Shown here: positions 47,714 to 63,528 of the stretch, one piece after another
How positions within the stretch are numbered: the first letter of the stretch is position 1
Layout of the letters: each line of letters starts with the position of its first letter
From: Moniliella sp. 'wahieum'
Taxonomy: Eukaryota
Assembly (NCBI GenBank): GCA_003971905.1
Contig: RSEE01000026.1
Span: 434,001 to 498,000, forward strand
Length of the DNA: 64,000 nt
Reading direction: 5' to 3'
Notes under the pieces: model-generated
What the model saw: only the letters and a program-made list of their open reading frames with translations
Databases searched by the model: none
What the model was told of the DNA's origin: nothing
Position numbers and translations under genes: made by a program

Positions 47714-49970
47714 AGTAACAGTGATGGATGAAGGAACTGTGGCCCGCTGTAGTGAAAGGGGATTGGAGTGAAGAGTGAAGGGGTGTGAGGCGCCAATATG
47801 GGGAGGACGCGGTGGCGGTGCAGGGTCGACTTTGGGTGGGAAGGCGCTCCATTTATATGGCGTACAGCTTCCCTCTGTCCAATGCAGGATCAAAGAGGAT
47901 CAGCGGATCAGGGCTTAGCCTGAGCTGGATAGCCACCGTCACGCGTCGTATGGATCTCTCGCGTCCCAGAGAGCTTTGAACGTTGATGGGTGATGCACAT
48001 AGTGCCTGTAATGCGGCAATAAATGGATCATGCATCAGACATCAAGAGATCAGGCGTCGACGGATGCGTGCACTAGTAGCTGATGGTCCCAATAATTAGC
48101 ATGTCTATGCTGCCAAGCACAATGGATGCCCAGGCATGTTCGGACCGGACTCGGGTGGGCGTGTGTTGTCCGAGAGAAAACGGCCAAAAAAATGTCGCTT
48201 CTGGCTTTCGGCTTCCAGCTTCCAGGCTCAGCTTTCCAAGCTCTCCAGGCTTCAAGGGGTCCAAAGCTTTAAGCTTTGGCAAAGAATAACGAGTTGCTCT
48301 ATACCAGCTCGGCTACCTATACCAAGGCACGAGAAACAATGGGTAAGGGGATGTACAAGAGTGTACATAACGGCGTGTGCACTATGCCAGTGTGACATGT
48401 GACGTGGGCGATCGGATGTTTGGACGCTACAAACATATGTGCCTGTACCTCTGCGAAATAGGATAGGGCCACAGTGGGCAATGCACTGTTGGGGTCGGCA
48501 ACTTCTCGACTGAAAAACGAGTCGGCGATGACAGTTGCCCTGCCGCGCCGGCAGCCTCAGCAGACACAGGACGAATATATGGACTGTGGGGTTTTGTTGC
48601 CTTTGTGGGTGGCACTTGCAGTGAATTCAACGTTCAACTGTTCAACACGTTCACCACTCGTGCTCGCGCTGAGCGATCACAGGCCGATCATGGCCCAGGC
48701 TGATTTCCGTCTGCTTCTTAAGATCATAGTATAGGTGTGTCTCAGCGTGGTCGCGTCCTTTTTTGTGACGCCCCGGCGCCAAAAGGCCTGTCCCCCCGAC
48801 GGCCATCCCGCGTTTAGCTTCTCCATCCAAGCTCCGACGGGCCAATCACATGCATGACACGTTTCCAAAAAGGCGAGTCTGTGGCTGGTCGGGTTGTCGG
48901 TTCAGAGATATACTACCGGATTACCCTCGAAAGCTTTATATTTGGGGGGGCTCTCTATCTCGGCTAGCCACATCCTACTAATAGCACTTTCCACCACGTG
49001 GCAACACACCTTGGACCATTGCTATGCCGAAAGGCGATTGCATGTGTACCATGTGACATGCGGCCTCGCATACAACAGATGACATGGATGACAGCAAATG
49101 CGGGCTGTTTTTGTACGCTAACGCGCATGTAAAAGGCCTAGTGCTTACTAAGGCTTTGAGGCCTGAGGGACTGAAGCCTGACATGTGATGTGCATGTGAT
49201 GATCGATGGGACTTGTGGTATAGTGTACGCATACAAGAACTAGCGTAGCGGAGCTATGGTGATAGCGTTGGTTTTCCCCGAGCGGAAACTCTCCCAGTTA
49301 TATGACGAGATTGGTGTGGGTGTGATTATGATAGGAGCGTGTCGACCGGTCGCGATACTGTACAAAAGGGGAGAGACTCGAAAAAAGCGTGCAAGGTAAT
49401 AATGGTTGTCGTATTACGAGAAACTTCCAGAGGAAGGGAGAAGGGTCATGAGGTCATCGTGAGCCTCGTATAGAGACGTTATACTACTTAAAAGCATCAT
49501 GAGAGGTTGACGAGATATGACGATGACGAAAGGAGAAGAGGTCAGGTGTGGTGAAACAAGATCCCTCTAGGACCAGTCATTCGCTGGTGAGGAAGACATG
49601 GAGGAGAGGGAGGAGAGGAGGAAGGGAGAAGGAGGAACAGGGAGGAGGAACAGGAAAGAGGGCGATCCCTTTTATCATGATGAGGCCGTGATAATGACAC
49701 TTTCTCGGAGGTGTAAAATGAACGTATGCTGCCATGTTTTGTGGGCTCTGCTCTGCCCACACACACAAGCGTATCCGAGAGGGTGAAGTGAAAAAGGAGG
49801 CACAAACGCCCTGTGTAAGGTGGGATGATGAGAGCATCAACTGCAACTGCGCGTGTCGTAAAGCGAGATTCAGCGTGCAAACGTAAACAGCGTGGGAACA
49901 ACAGAGGATATACAGAGAAAGAAGGGGTATAGAGATCGATGCGATCCACAAATTAATACGTGGCACATCT

Positions 49971-51032
49971 TTACGCCTCCTCTGCCGGTTTCGTCGCGTT
50001 TGTAGTCACAACCGTCGTCTCAACCGGTTTGGGTTGTAGCCGGATTCTCCTCCGTTTTGGTCGTAACCATCGTTTGACCGTTTTCGGAGGTAGCCCTAAC
50101 CTCCGAAGCTGCCTCTGGGGAGGCAAAAATGGAAGCCTTACTGGAAAAGAGACCAAAGCGCTCATACTCGACACCGGAGACGGAATAGACGTGGTAGATG
50201 AGGCAGACGCTCTTCGAAAGGAGATCCAGTACGCATAGTAGACAAACTCACTGTCGGGTGAGATGGTGTTGCTGGCATCGGCGACAGACCAAGCGATAAT
50301 GTAGAGAATGGCCCAGCAGCCAAAGCCACCAACGATCGGGATGTATGCCCAAAACACATCTTTACCCGCTTTCTTGGCTGCCAGCAGTCCACAAAGGACC
50401 CATAGCACCCACGTCATTGCACACACTCCAAAGACAAACCAGCCCCACTTGTATTGAGAGTAGGTGAGGGCACCGGCCAGGCCACAGAGGATTGCAAAGA
50501 TGGACCAAAACACGGTTATGAGATGGTCGAGAGCGGTACAGGGGATACGAGGAGAATTGCAATGAGGATGAATGGCGTGGAGACGAACCAGTCGACGTAC
50601 CGCGAAATCCTGTAAATGGAACGAAGCCTTTATTAGCATACGCAAGAAGATTAAGGGAGAAGGCAAGGGAAGGGGGTGACTAGAAGTAATTATCGTACCA
50701 AATGGACCGGGTGGGCTCCCTGTTGTATCCCTTGCCATAGCCTGCCCAATGATGCGCGTGAAACTCGACCGTGATCGGCACCGCCCCAGATTGGAGGCAA
50801 GAGCAAACCAATTGAGGGCATTGCATGCCAAAGCCGCAGCAACAAGATAGGCGAAGGTGCGATTGCCGCGATTGACGAAGAAGAAGGTGTGAACCGAAAG
50901 ACCAAGGAACACGAGCGTTTGGATCGCAAAAATGGCCCAAGCAAAGTCAGCACCGTGCGTATCAACCGTGATGTTCGACGCGACCGGGTTGTCCACGGTC
51001 GAGTCGCGGGCGATGAACCAAGACAGGGTCAT
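49971..51032 (-). CDS. Fungal microbial rhodopsin/opsin-related protein (CarO/Hsp30-Yro2-like clade) retaining the Schiff-base Lys
   Basis: NP..ITVDTHGADFAWAIFA, WFALASNLG, PTRSIW, intron 50610-50698, ISRYVDWFVSTP, YKWGWFVFG, YIIAWSVADASNTISPDSEFVYY, frameshift, LDLLSK. Confidence 0.9.
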   Translation of the reverse strand: MTLSWFIARDSTVDNPVASNITVDTHGADFAWAIFAIQTLVFLGLSVHTFFFVNRGNRTFAYLVAAALACNALNWFALASNLGRCRSRSSFTRIIGQAMARDTTGSPPGPFGTIITSSHPLPLPSPLIFLRMLIKASFHLQDFAVRRLVRLHAIHPHCNSPRIPCTALDHLITVFWSIFAILCGLAGALTYSQYKWGWFVFGVCAMTWVLWVLCGLLAAKKAGKDVFWAYIPIVGGFGCWAILYIIAWSVADASNTISPDSEFVYYAYWISFRRASASSTTSIPSPVSSMSALVSFPVRLPFLPPQRQLRRLGLPPKTVKRWLRPKRRRIRLQPKPVETTVVTTNATKPAEEA

Positions 51033-53290
51033 GGTGCAAGAGGGAGGAAAGGGGGAGACAATTGAGGGAGAGGGAGAGGGGGAGGGGGGGTTATTCAAAG
51101 GGGAAACAGCACAGATAGAGACCCAAAAAGTAAGAAAGGGCGAATAAAAGGCGGAGGCGCAGCCGTGAGAAGAGTGATGGCAGTGGCGGTGGGGGTACGA
51201 AGACGATCGATCTGATGAGAGGTGGGAATTATATATTCTACTTCCTCAGAAAAAATTGCCAAGAGGCGCAGCGTTCTATCTCGCTCCGGATGTTGCTCCT
51301 CCGCGTGGCGCTGCTCTTCCAGGGCCCACAAGTAGCCCAGGAGTCTCTATATACTAGCCACCAATGCATACGTACAAGTCACTATTCAATATTCAAGCTC
51401 AGTCGAAGTCTGTGTGATCGATGATCTGAGAGAGATGATCGATGATCTGAGAGGCAAGGTAAAGTGAGAGAAGCAAAACAGTATGCTTTAGGTTTGTGGT
51501 CGAGTACTACAGGGAAGAAGACACACATCAAAATCTTTTCCCCAATTAATGATCGAAGATGATGACTCGATCGATGATGACTCGATCGCTCTATAGGCGA
51601 CTCGTTGACACTACATATATTTTCACACATGTATATGTTACGAGCCAAAATGCGAGTCGGCGAGCCAGGATGAGCCCATAGGCTCTCCTTGCCGCCTTCG
51701 CCTCATCGACTCATCCGTTTTCTTCAATACCTAGTACTACTTACTGCTCTCGACGACCGCAGCGAAAAGCAAGTTTCCAATCCCCTCCGCCCCTCCGAAT
51801 TTTTGACCCATATGAGGAGTCACATATGGCAAACTAACTGAATGCCTCGTCAGAGTCATCATCATTCATCGAGCACATGAACATGTGGACCTTATGGTCT
51901 GTAAAACCGGAGGAACCCAAGGGTTGGGTGATGAACCTCTGGAAATGTAGAGCAATGCAATCGCCGTGGTGGTGGTTAGGGCTGAGCTTATGCCACGCCT
52001 AGAGACAGGGGTTCAAACCAGCCTGCGTATACACGTCGAGGCTTCGGAGGTCTCAATTAAGGGGCAAAGAGTGATAAGGCCTAAGGCCTAAGGTACCTTG
52101 GCCTGTGTACGGGACGGCGGGCCCCATGCATCATTTCCCTTGACATCAACGTCATCAACAGTCGCCCGAGCCAGGCAAGTATATCTTTCATCGTCTGCAT
52201 TCTCTGGCTTCCTTCCATTCCCCCTATACCGCCTCTATATTGTATTGCTTCCCCCTTTAGCCACTTAAATTCATGTATGACCTCTGTTTAGTAGTAGGCT
52301 TGTGCGACTTGACTCCCACGGTCCACACAGTTCCGTCTCTCGCTCTCCTCCCGCCTCCCCTCCTGTCAATATTGTCAACGTCGTCATCCAGCAGCTTTAA
52401 TTGGAGTCGCCATGTCACATGCCACAAGGCTCCAGCTCCTTGCTGGGAGCCTCTCGGGCTTTGAATCCTCTTCGAGGGTACACACAGTGGGTCCAGTTCC
52501 GGATCGGGCGGGTCTTTGGCTTGCTGACGGAGAATTCCGTCCCATACATGGTCGTCTGTACATTGCGGCCTTCGGTCGCTGGCAGGTTGTGCACCTCGGC
52601 GGGGGCGGAAGCTGATGGAGTCTGGAAGGAGGCCAAGACAAGGCGGGGCGGTGGACAGCGAGCGCTGTCGAGGGTGGAAGGGCCAGAACTGCGCCGCAGA
52701 GACACGGCAGGTGCAAAGTGGAAGACCTTGGCCAGATACAGTGCGCAGACTGGACGCGGGTGCTGGCGGCAATGGCCGTCGGCGCCCGTCTCCAACCTTC
52801 GCCTCACCTCGCCTCGCCTGCCAAGTGTCGTTAATGGCGGTGTGTGACGGGCGGAAAGGAAACGCGTAGGACCTAGCAGGCGGGACACGGGGGACATCAC
52901 ATGTCAAAGCATATATCACACTGCTGCTTACTCATGGGATGGCACGCGACATCGCTGCAGTCCACGTGGCGCTGCCTGGCCCGCCGGCCACTTTTGGGAG
53001 GCGGGCCGAAGCCACGGGCCAATCACCGAAGCCAGTGGACACGATGCATGATGTGCGCCACACTGGTGCTGTGCGGGGGGTCTGAACCTTGTCCGCCTTC
53101 AGCCGCAGGGCCTCAGCCTCAGCCTCACGCCGCATCACCCACCAGCCCTCATCGGTGCCAGGGCTGCTTCGGGCCACGTGGAATGCAGGCAGAGGCAAGG
53201 GTGTGTGACATCGCCCAGGCGTTACGCTTTAACGCTAAAAGGCGTTAAAGTTCTCCTATGCCCGCTCCCCTTCCTCCCTCCCACCCCGAG

Positions 53291-56346
<3,056 letters not shown>

Positions 56347-57069
56347 TTATCTGTTTGCATGCGGATCCGGCCCTCGTGTGGTCGTTCCCCTCGCCTCCTC
56401 CGACTTCCTTTGGGGTGGGTGGATATCGGTCCTGTTCGCCGCGCTTCTTGTACACCCAGCTTGTGGCTGTTGCTAAATCCATTTTACTGCATGTCACTCT
56501 GCTCATTCCATGTGCCGTTCAGTTGATCAGATAGAGAGCATGGAACCACTTGAATGAGACAAAGAAACCTTAGAAAGAGAGGTGGCCAAAAAGGATGCAT
56601 GTCGATGGTGGGAAAGTACATCCCCCCGCCAAGGCTCATACAACCCCCGATCCCATCATTCCTATGCATCGATCCGGCAAGTACAACTCTGGGCGACCGC
56701 ATGCCTGACTACAACCTGTGACAGCTAGCCGAATGCAGAGAGAGAAACTGATTGGTATATAGGCCGTGAACGTTGAACATAACAAGAGAAGGTAGCGGCC
56801 GGTGACGGCGACATGGGTGATACGCGTAGCGGAGGGGAGGACTTTGAAATTTGAGGGCTAAAATTTAAAGCCCATCACGTGCAGGACGACCAGGGGAAGG
56901 CTATGTCCACGCGGCGAGAACTAGGCGCAATAAATAGAAAAGATGCACTTCCCCAGTGCTAGCGATTGTAACCCTATGTCCTCGCCCCTCTCTTCCTTTA
57001 CCCGACGAGCGCTTGCTCCGCTCTCTTCCTTTCTCCCCACGCGTCCCTGCCTGCCTGTCCATCATCGCA

Positions 57070-57904
57070 ATGTCCGCCGACAAGCTTCCCCAGGTCCTCA
57101 ACATCACCGAGGAGGAGGTCAAACTCTTCCTCGCTGCCCAGACCCACATTGGCACCACCAATGTGACCAAGGACATGGAGTCCTACATTTACAAACGCCG
57201 CGCCGACGGTGTGCAGCTGATCAACCTCAACAAGACGTGGAGCAAGATCGTTCTGGCTGCCCGTATCCTTGCTGCGGTTGAGAACCCGGCTGACATTTGC
57301 GTCATCTCGGGTCGCCAGTACGGTCAGCGCGCTGTGCTCAAGTTCGCCTCGAACACGGGCGCTACTGCCATTGCCGGCCGCTTCACCCCCGGTACCTTCA
57401 CCAACTACATTGTCCGCTCCTACAAGGAGCCCCGCGTCATTGTGGTGACCGACCCCCGCGTGGACCACCAGGCCATCCGCGAGGCGTCCTACGTCAACAT
57501 CCCCGTCATTGCCTTGCCGACGCTGACGCTCCCCTCAAGTTTGTCGACGTGGCCATCCCCGGTAACAACAAGGGCAAGCATTCGGTCGGCCTTCTCTGGT
57601 GGCTCCTCTGCCGTGAGGTCCTCCGCCTCAAGGGCATTGTCTCGCGCACTGAGCCGTGGAGCGTCATGACCGACATGTTCTTCTACCGCGACCCGCAGGA
57701 GATCGAGGCTGAACAGCAGGCTGCTGCCGACGCTAAGGCCGCTGCTGAGCGCGAGGCTGAGACCGGCGAACTTGGTGAGGCCATCCCTGCCACGGGCGCC
57801 CCGAGGCTGCCGCGCTGGACTGGAGCGAGCCGGCTGCCGGCGCTCAGGACTGGGCTGCCGACGCTGCCCCGGCTGTTCAGCAGCCGATCACCTCCTGGGA
57901 GTAA
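57070..57904 (+). CDS. RPS0: 40S ribosomal protein S0 (uS2/RPSA)
   Basis: [76 protein letters not shown]; two frameshifts. Confidence 0.97.
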
Positions 57905-58869
57905 ATGGAGTCAATGGAGGAAATGGTTCGGCACCATTGGCTCATTGGCTTGGTGACCAAGAAGGGACGCTGTCGAGCCTCAACCGTTCGGCTCTTTGTC
58001 GTTTTGGACGGCGACCAAAGTTGAATACCTTTGCATGGTATGCGGTTGAAGTGCTCTTTTCCGAGATGCTTCCTTTTTCGGGCGACCTATCCCCGATTCA
58101 AAAATCAACTTGTTCTTGGCTTTGGCCTTGCTGCAAAAGCGTGTGGGTTCGTGGTGTTGTATTGTACGTAGTCCGTTAGACGCTAGACATGCATACCGTG
58201 CAACAGCCATGAATCTGCGGAAGGCAGGAATACCATTCGTACCATGCAATGCCTCAACGATGGTTCAAGGTGCATAGTGCGCACACTGTGGCGGAAAAAG
58301 CTGGTTGAAGATTCCAGCTTGTGAGGTTACCGAGTGTCACATGTCACGCCAAAGCGCCTGCCTGTTCGGCGGATACACAGAGTATATATGGTGTGAGAAC
58401 TGCTGAGACATTCATGTCCGCGAGAAGCTAGTAAGTTCGGCCTGTGTGAGCCTCTGGTCCGACGGACAAAACGAGTCAGCGCCTAGCTAGTCAGACCAGT
58501 CACTGTACTTCTATACTAGTCAGATCTCAGATCTCAGATCATCGATCACAGATCAGATCCAGATGTCTGGCAAGTCCGAAATAGCGAGGTGTGGTGGGAT
58601 ATTGAAGTGTGTGGGGGATTCTGGCAGAGCTTGAAGAACATGAAGGTCGACGCGAACGTTATTGAAGACGCTCAAGGCTGAAGGTTGAAGGTTGAAGCTG
58701 AAGGTTGAACTTCAACCTCTCTTGAAGAGTCTCACGCTGAAAATCACCAGTGTTGTTCGCGGGTCTCGCTGTCTCAATCGCGCCCGCGCCCTAGTTCACC
58801 ATGCTCAACGAGCACCCAGCGACTCACCTCTCGGCTCTCTCAGCGCTCGCAGTTCACGACTGCTATACA

Positions 58870-59169
58870 ATGATGTCTACAATGAAATTCATGACACTGT
58901 ATGACTCTTTCGAGCTTCCGAAGGACGGAGAGTGTTTGGTGTGCACTGTGTCTTATTCCGGAGGAAATAATTTTGTCACACCAGTATTGCAGCAGCCAGG
59001 GCCTTTTAACATCGTTCCGCGTCTTGGCGTGGTTGGCTTGGGCGCGGAGAACGATTGCTGGTGTAACTACGTATCTATCGCCAACATGCCCCATCAATGG
59101 TGCGCCATGCAGTATCCCCCCACGGCCTCAAGCCCCGCCCACAGTCTCCTCATCGACCTCATCCAATAA
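58870..59169 (+). CDS. Possible small Cys-containing hypothetical protein
   Basis: Protein-like ~100-aa ORF between RPS0 and PYC; no family recognised. Confidence 0.2.
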   Translation: MMSTMKFMTLYDSFELPKDGECLVCTVSYSGGNNFVTPVLQQPGPFNIVPRLGVVGLGAENDCWCNYVSIANMPHQWCAMQYPPTASSPAHSLLIDLIQ

Positions 59170-59860
59170 ACTCTTGGCAGCTATATTATTCTGGAGAGCA
59201 AATTACCAAGTGCATATGATAATGAGGTGATCGATGACCGGTGATCGATGAGCTGAGCTCTGAGCATTTGCCCCTCTATGTCGAACTGTCGACCTATCCT
59301 GCTCCCCTCGTTCACTGAAAGCATTAAGCATTGCCACTCCGCTCGTCGTTGTCCGCGACGGGGAAAAGACGCGAACGGTAAACGGGAACCATGGCAAATT
59401 GTATACTTGTACCAAAATGACAGACTCAGAATGCGGACTTATTGGCCCGGCCCAGCGCCAGTTTGAATGCCAGTCTAGCACCAGGGCAGTGTGGATGCAG
59501 ACAGAGCCCCCATGCGGGTTCGCGCCAAGAAGGGCACGGGGGCCCACAGGACGGATGATGAAGTCCAGGCCGCCGTTTGCCACGGCGGCTTGGCGCGAGT
59601 GTGCGGCTTGTGCGGCCTGACGCCCAGGCGGACATGCAAGCGGACACCAAGCCATGGACCCTTGAAATCATGGGGGGCGCATGGCGCCAGTGTGCACGGA
59701 CGTACGTGGTGGGGTGGCTGCGCCGGTGCGATGCTGCTGCCGGTGCCTGATTGCTACCTGCTTTCCAATCGTGCGGCTCCTTCGGCCTGAGTTCTGCCCA
59801 CCACCACCTTGCCTCCTCTTCCCTTCTCTCCCACCTACTGCCACCACGTTTGGAGGTACC

Positions 59861-62800
59861 ATGGCGGAACACCCCTCGGTCGTCGACCCCTTCGTCAGCG
59901 TCCCTGCCACGCCTAGTGTGCTGACTGGTCATGCCATCCCCACCCTTGCCAAGATCCGCCAGCACATGGGCGGCGCCGACGACGGCGAGCCGCTACGCAA
60001 ACTCATGGTGGCCAACCGCGGTGAAATTGCGATCCGCGTATTTCGTACTGCTCACGAGCTCGCCATGAGCACAGTTGCTCTCTACTCCAACGAGGACCGT
60101 CTCTCTGCTCATCGCTGGAAGGCAGACGAGGCGTATCAGGTTGGCGCGGGCTTGTCCCCCGTAGGCGCTTACCTCGCCATTGATGACATTATCCGCATCG
60201 CCCTCGATCATGGTGTGGACATGATCCAGTGCGTTTCACTTCTTTGCTTTGGGTGTAAGCGTGGGTAATGATCGCTTGGCTGACCTTGCTTTTTCTACCA
60301 GCCCCGGCTATGGTTTCCTCTCGGAAAACGCCGAATTTGCTCGGAAGGTCGAGGCGGCAGGCATTGCCTTTATTGGTCCTCGCCCGGAGACAATCGATGC
60401 GCTTGGCGACAAGGTCAAGGCTCGCGACCTGGCTCGTAGGGCTGGTGTGTCGATTGTGCCAGGCACCCCTGGTCCCATCGAGAGCTACGAGGAGGCTAAG
60501 GAGTTTATCAAGGATGTGGGTTTTCCTGTGATTATCAAGGCTGCGATGGGTGGTGGTGGTCGCGGTATGCGCGTCGTACGCAGCCCCGAGGAGTTTGAGC
60601 AAGCCTTCTCCATGGCCAAGTCGGAAGCCAAGACGGCGTTTGGGGACGCAACTGTGTTTATCGAACGTTTCCTGGACCACCCGCGGCACATTGAGGTGCA
60701 GCTTTTGGCCGATGGCGAGGGAAATGTGGTGCATTTGTTTGAGCGTGACTGCTCGGTCCAACGTCGGCACCAAAAGGTCGTCGAAGTGGCTCCCGCTTCC
60801 AACCTGCACGATTCGGTCCGTCAAGCTCTGTTGAACGACGCGGTCAAGCTTGCCAAAATGGCCGGCTACCGCAACGCGGGCACAGCAGAGTTTTTGGTTG
60901 ACCAACAAAACCGTCACTACTTTATCGAGATCAACCCGCGCCTTCAGGTCGAACACACAATCACTGAGGAAATTACAGGTATTGACATTGTCGGCGCTCA
61001 GATCCAAATTGCGGCCGGCGCGACGCTGGACGATCTGGGCTTGACCCAACAGACGATCCAGAAGCGTGGCTCTGCCATCCAGTGCCGCATCACTACGGAA
61101 GATCCAACTCAGAATTTCCAGCCTGACACGGGGAAGATTGAAGTTTACCGTTCGGCCGGCGGGAATGGTGTGCGGCTGGATGCCAGCAGCGGCTTTGCCG
61201 GTGCGCAAATCACGCCCCACTACGATTCGCTGTTGGTCAAGGTTACGTGCCGTGGTGCGACGTACGAGGTGACGCGACGTAAAATGCTGCGTGCACTCGT
61301 CGAGTTCCGCATCCGCGGCGTCAAGACCAACGTCCCCTTCCTCGTCCGTCTCATCACACATGAAGCCTTTGCCTCGGCTAACACGTGGACGACAATGATT
61401 GACGACACACCCGAGCTGTTTAACCTGGTCTCGAGCCAGAACCGCGCGCAAAAGCTTTTGGCCTATCTTGGCGACATGGCCGTCAATGGTTCTCACATTC
61501 AAGGCCAGATTGGCGAACCTGGACTCAAGACGGACATTGAGATTCCTCGATTGAACGATCCGGCAGACCCAACCAAGGCCATTGACACGGCTGTCCCGTG
61601 CCAGGAGGGTTGGCGTTCCATTCTTCTTCACGAAGGACCCGAAGCGTTTGCCAAGGCCGTGCGGGCGTACAAGGGAACCCTTATTATGGACACGACGTGG
61701 CGTGACGCTCACCAGTCCCTTCTTGCTACTCGTCTGCGTACGATCGAGATGACCAACATTGCCAAGACCACGTCGTATGCGCTCAAGAATGCGTTTTCCC
61801 TCGAGTGCTGGGGCGGGGCTACTTTTGATGTGGCGATGCGGTTCCTGTACGAAGACCCGTGGGAGCGCTTGCGCAAGTTGCGCAAGCTCGTTCCCAATAT
61901 CCCCTTCCAAGCCCTTGTCCGTGGGGCCAATGCGGTAGGGTACACGTCCTATCCTGACAACCTGATCTACGAGTTTAGCAAGAAAGCCGTCGAGAATGGT
62001 CTGGACATTTTCCGAGTCTTTGACTCACTTAACGACCTGGGGAGCCTGCGCCTGGGAATTGACGCAGCCAAGAAGGCGGGCGGCGTGGCAGAGGGTACCG
62101 TGTGCTACACTGGCGATGTAGCGAACCCCAAGGCGCACCCCAAGTACACATTGGAGTACTACATGAACCTGGTTGACGAACTGGTCAAGACTGGAATCCA
62201 CATTCTCGGTATCAAGGACATGGCAGGCCTTATGAAACCTGCGGCCGCTCGTCTCTTGATCGGTTCAATCCGGAAAAAGTATCCGGACCTTCCCATCCAT
62301 GTTCACTCGCACGACACGGCAGGCATTGCGCTCAGCTCCATGCTGGCTGCCGCCGAGGCCGGAGCGGATGTGGTGGACGTAGCGATCGACTTCATGTCAG
62401 GGCTCACGTCGCAACCGTCGATGGGCGCACTGGTGGCTGCGCTTGAACAGACGGGGCTCGGTCCCGGTATTCGCCATGAGGACATCATGGCTCTCAACCT
62501 GTACTGGACTTCGGTACGCCAATTGTACCAGTGCTTTGCGCAGGAAGTCAAAGCGTCAGATTCGTCCGTGTTTGATCATGAGATGCCCGGTGGACAGTAC
62601 ACCAACCTCATGTTCCAGTCCATGTCCCTCGGCCTCGGAAGCCAGTGGAGCGAAGTTAAGAAGGCCTACATTGTGGCCAATAAGCTGTGCGGCGACATTG
62701 TCAAGGTCACACCCTCGTCCAAAGTTGTCGGTGACTTTGCTCAGTTCCTTGTTGCCAACAAGTTGACCGCAGCCGAGGTGGAGGAGCGTGCTGACAAGCT

Positions 62801-63528
62801 CGACTTCCCCAACTCGGTCGTTGAATACTTCCAAGGTTATCTTGGTACGCCTCCCGGTGGCTTCCCTGAGCCGCTGCGGACCAAGCTCCTGCGTGGCAAA
62901 CCCAGGATCGAGGGACGGCCCGGGCATCGATGGCGCCCGTTGACTTGCGGCAAATCAAGAAGACCCTGACCAAGAAGTATGGCAAGACGATCACCACTGC
63001 CGATGCAATCAGCTACGCCATGTATCCCAAAGTGTTTGAAGACTTGCAAGACTTTTTGGCCAAATACGGCGACCTTTCTCATCTTCCCACCCGTTACTTC
63101 CTCAGCAAGGCTCCCGTTGGCGAAGAGATTCACGCCTACATTGACCGTGGCAAACTGCTTATTATCAAGTTGTTGGCGGTGGTGCGGTCAATTCGGAGCG
63201 TGGCACACGCGAGGTGTTCTTTGAGCTGAACGCTGAGCCGCGGTCCATCATTGTCGAAGACAAGAATGCAGCGGTGGAGTCGGTGCACCGTGAGCGGGCC
63301 AAGGCGGGCGAACCAGGCCAGGTCGGGTCCCCCCTGGCGGCGGTGGTGGTAGAAGTGCGCACGCAGGTGGGTCGCGTGGTCAAGGCCGGCGACCCTCTGG
63401 CCGTGCTGAGCGCGATGAAGATGGAAACTGTCGTCTCCTCTCCCGTTTCGGGCAAGGTGAAGCGGATCCTTGTCGAGCCCAATGACTCGGTCTCGCAATC
63501 CGACTTGTTGTTCGAGATTGCGGCTTAA
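59861..63528 (+). CDS. PYC: Pyruvate carboxylase
   Basis: ANRGEIAIRVFR; intron 60229-60301 restores HPGYGFLSEN; GGGGRGMR, RDCSVQRRHQK, DTTWRDAHQS, HVHSHDT, HEMPGGQY; biotinyl AMKM. Two frameshifts near the 3' end. Confidence 0.98.

Noticed and set aside
51955..52030. tRNA-like boxes (TGGTGGTGGTTAGG ... GGTTCAAACC)
   Set aside because: No convincing acceptor stem or T-stem pairing; I cannot build a cloverleaf.
60189..61910. 573-aa minus-strand ORF
   Set aside because: Antisense shadow of the codon-biased pyruvate carboxylase CDS.
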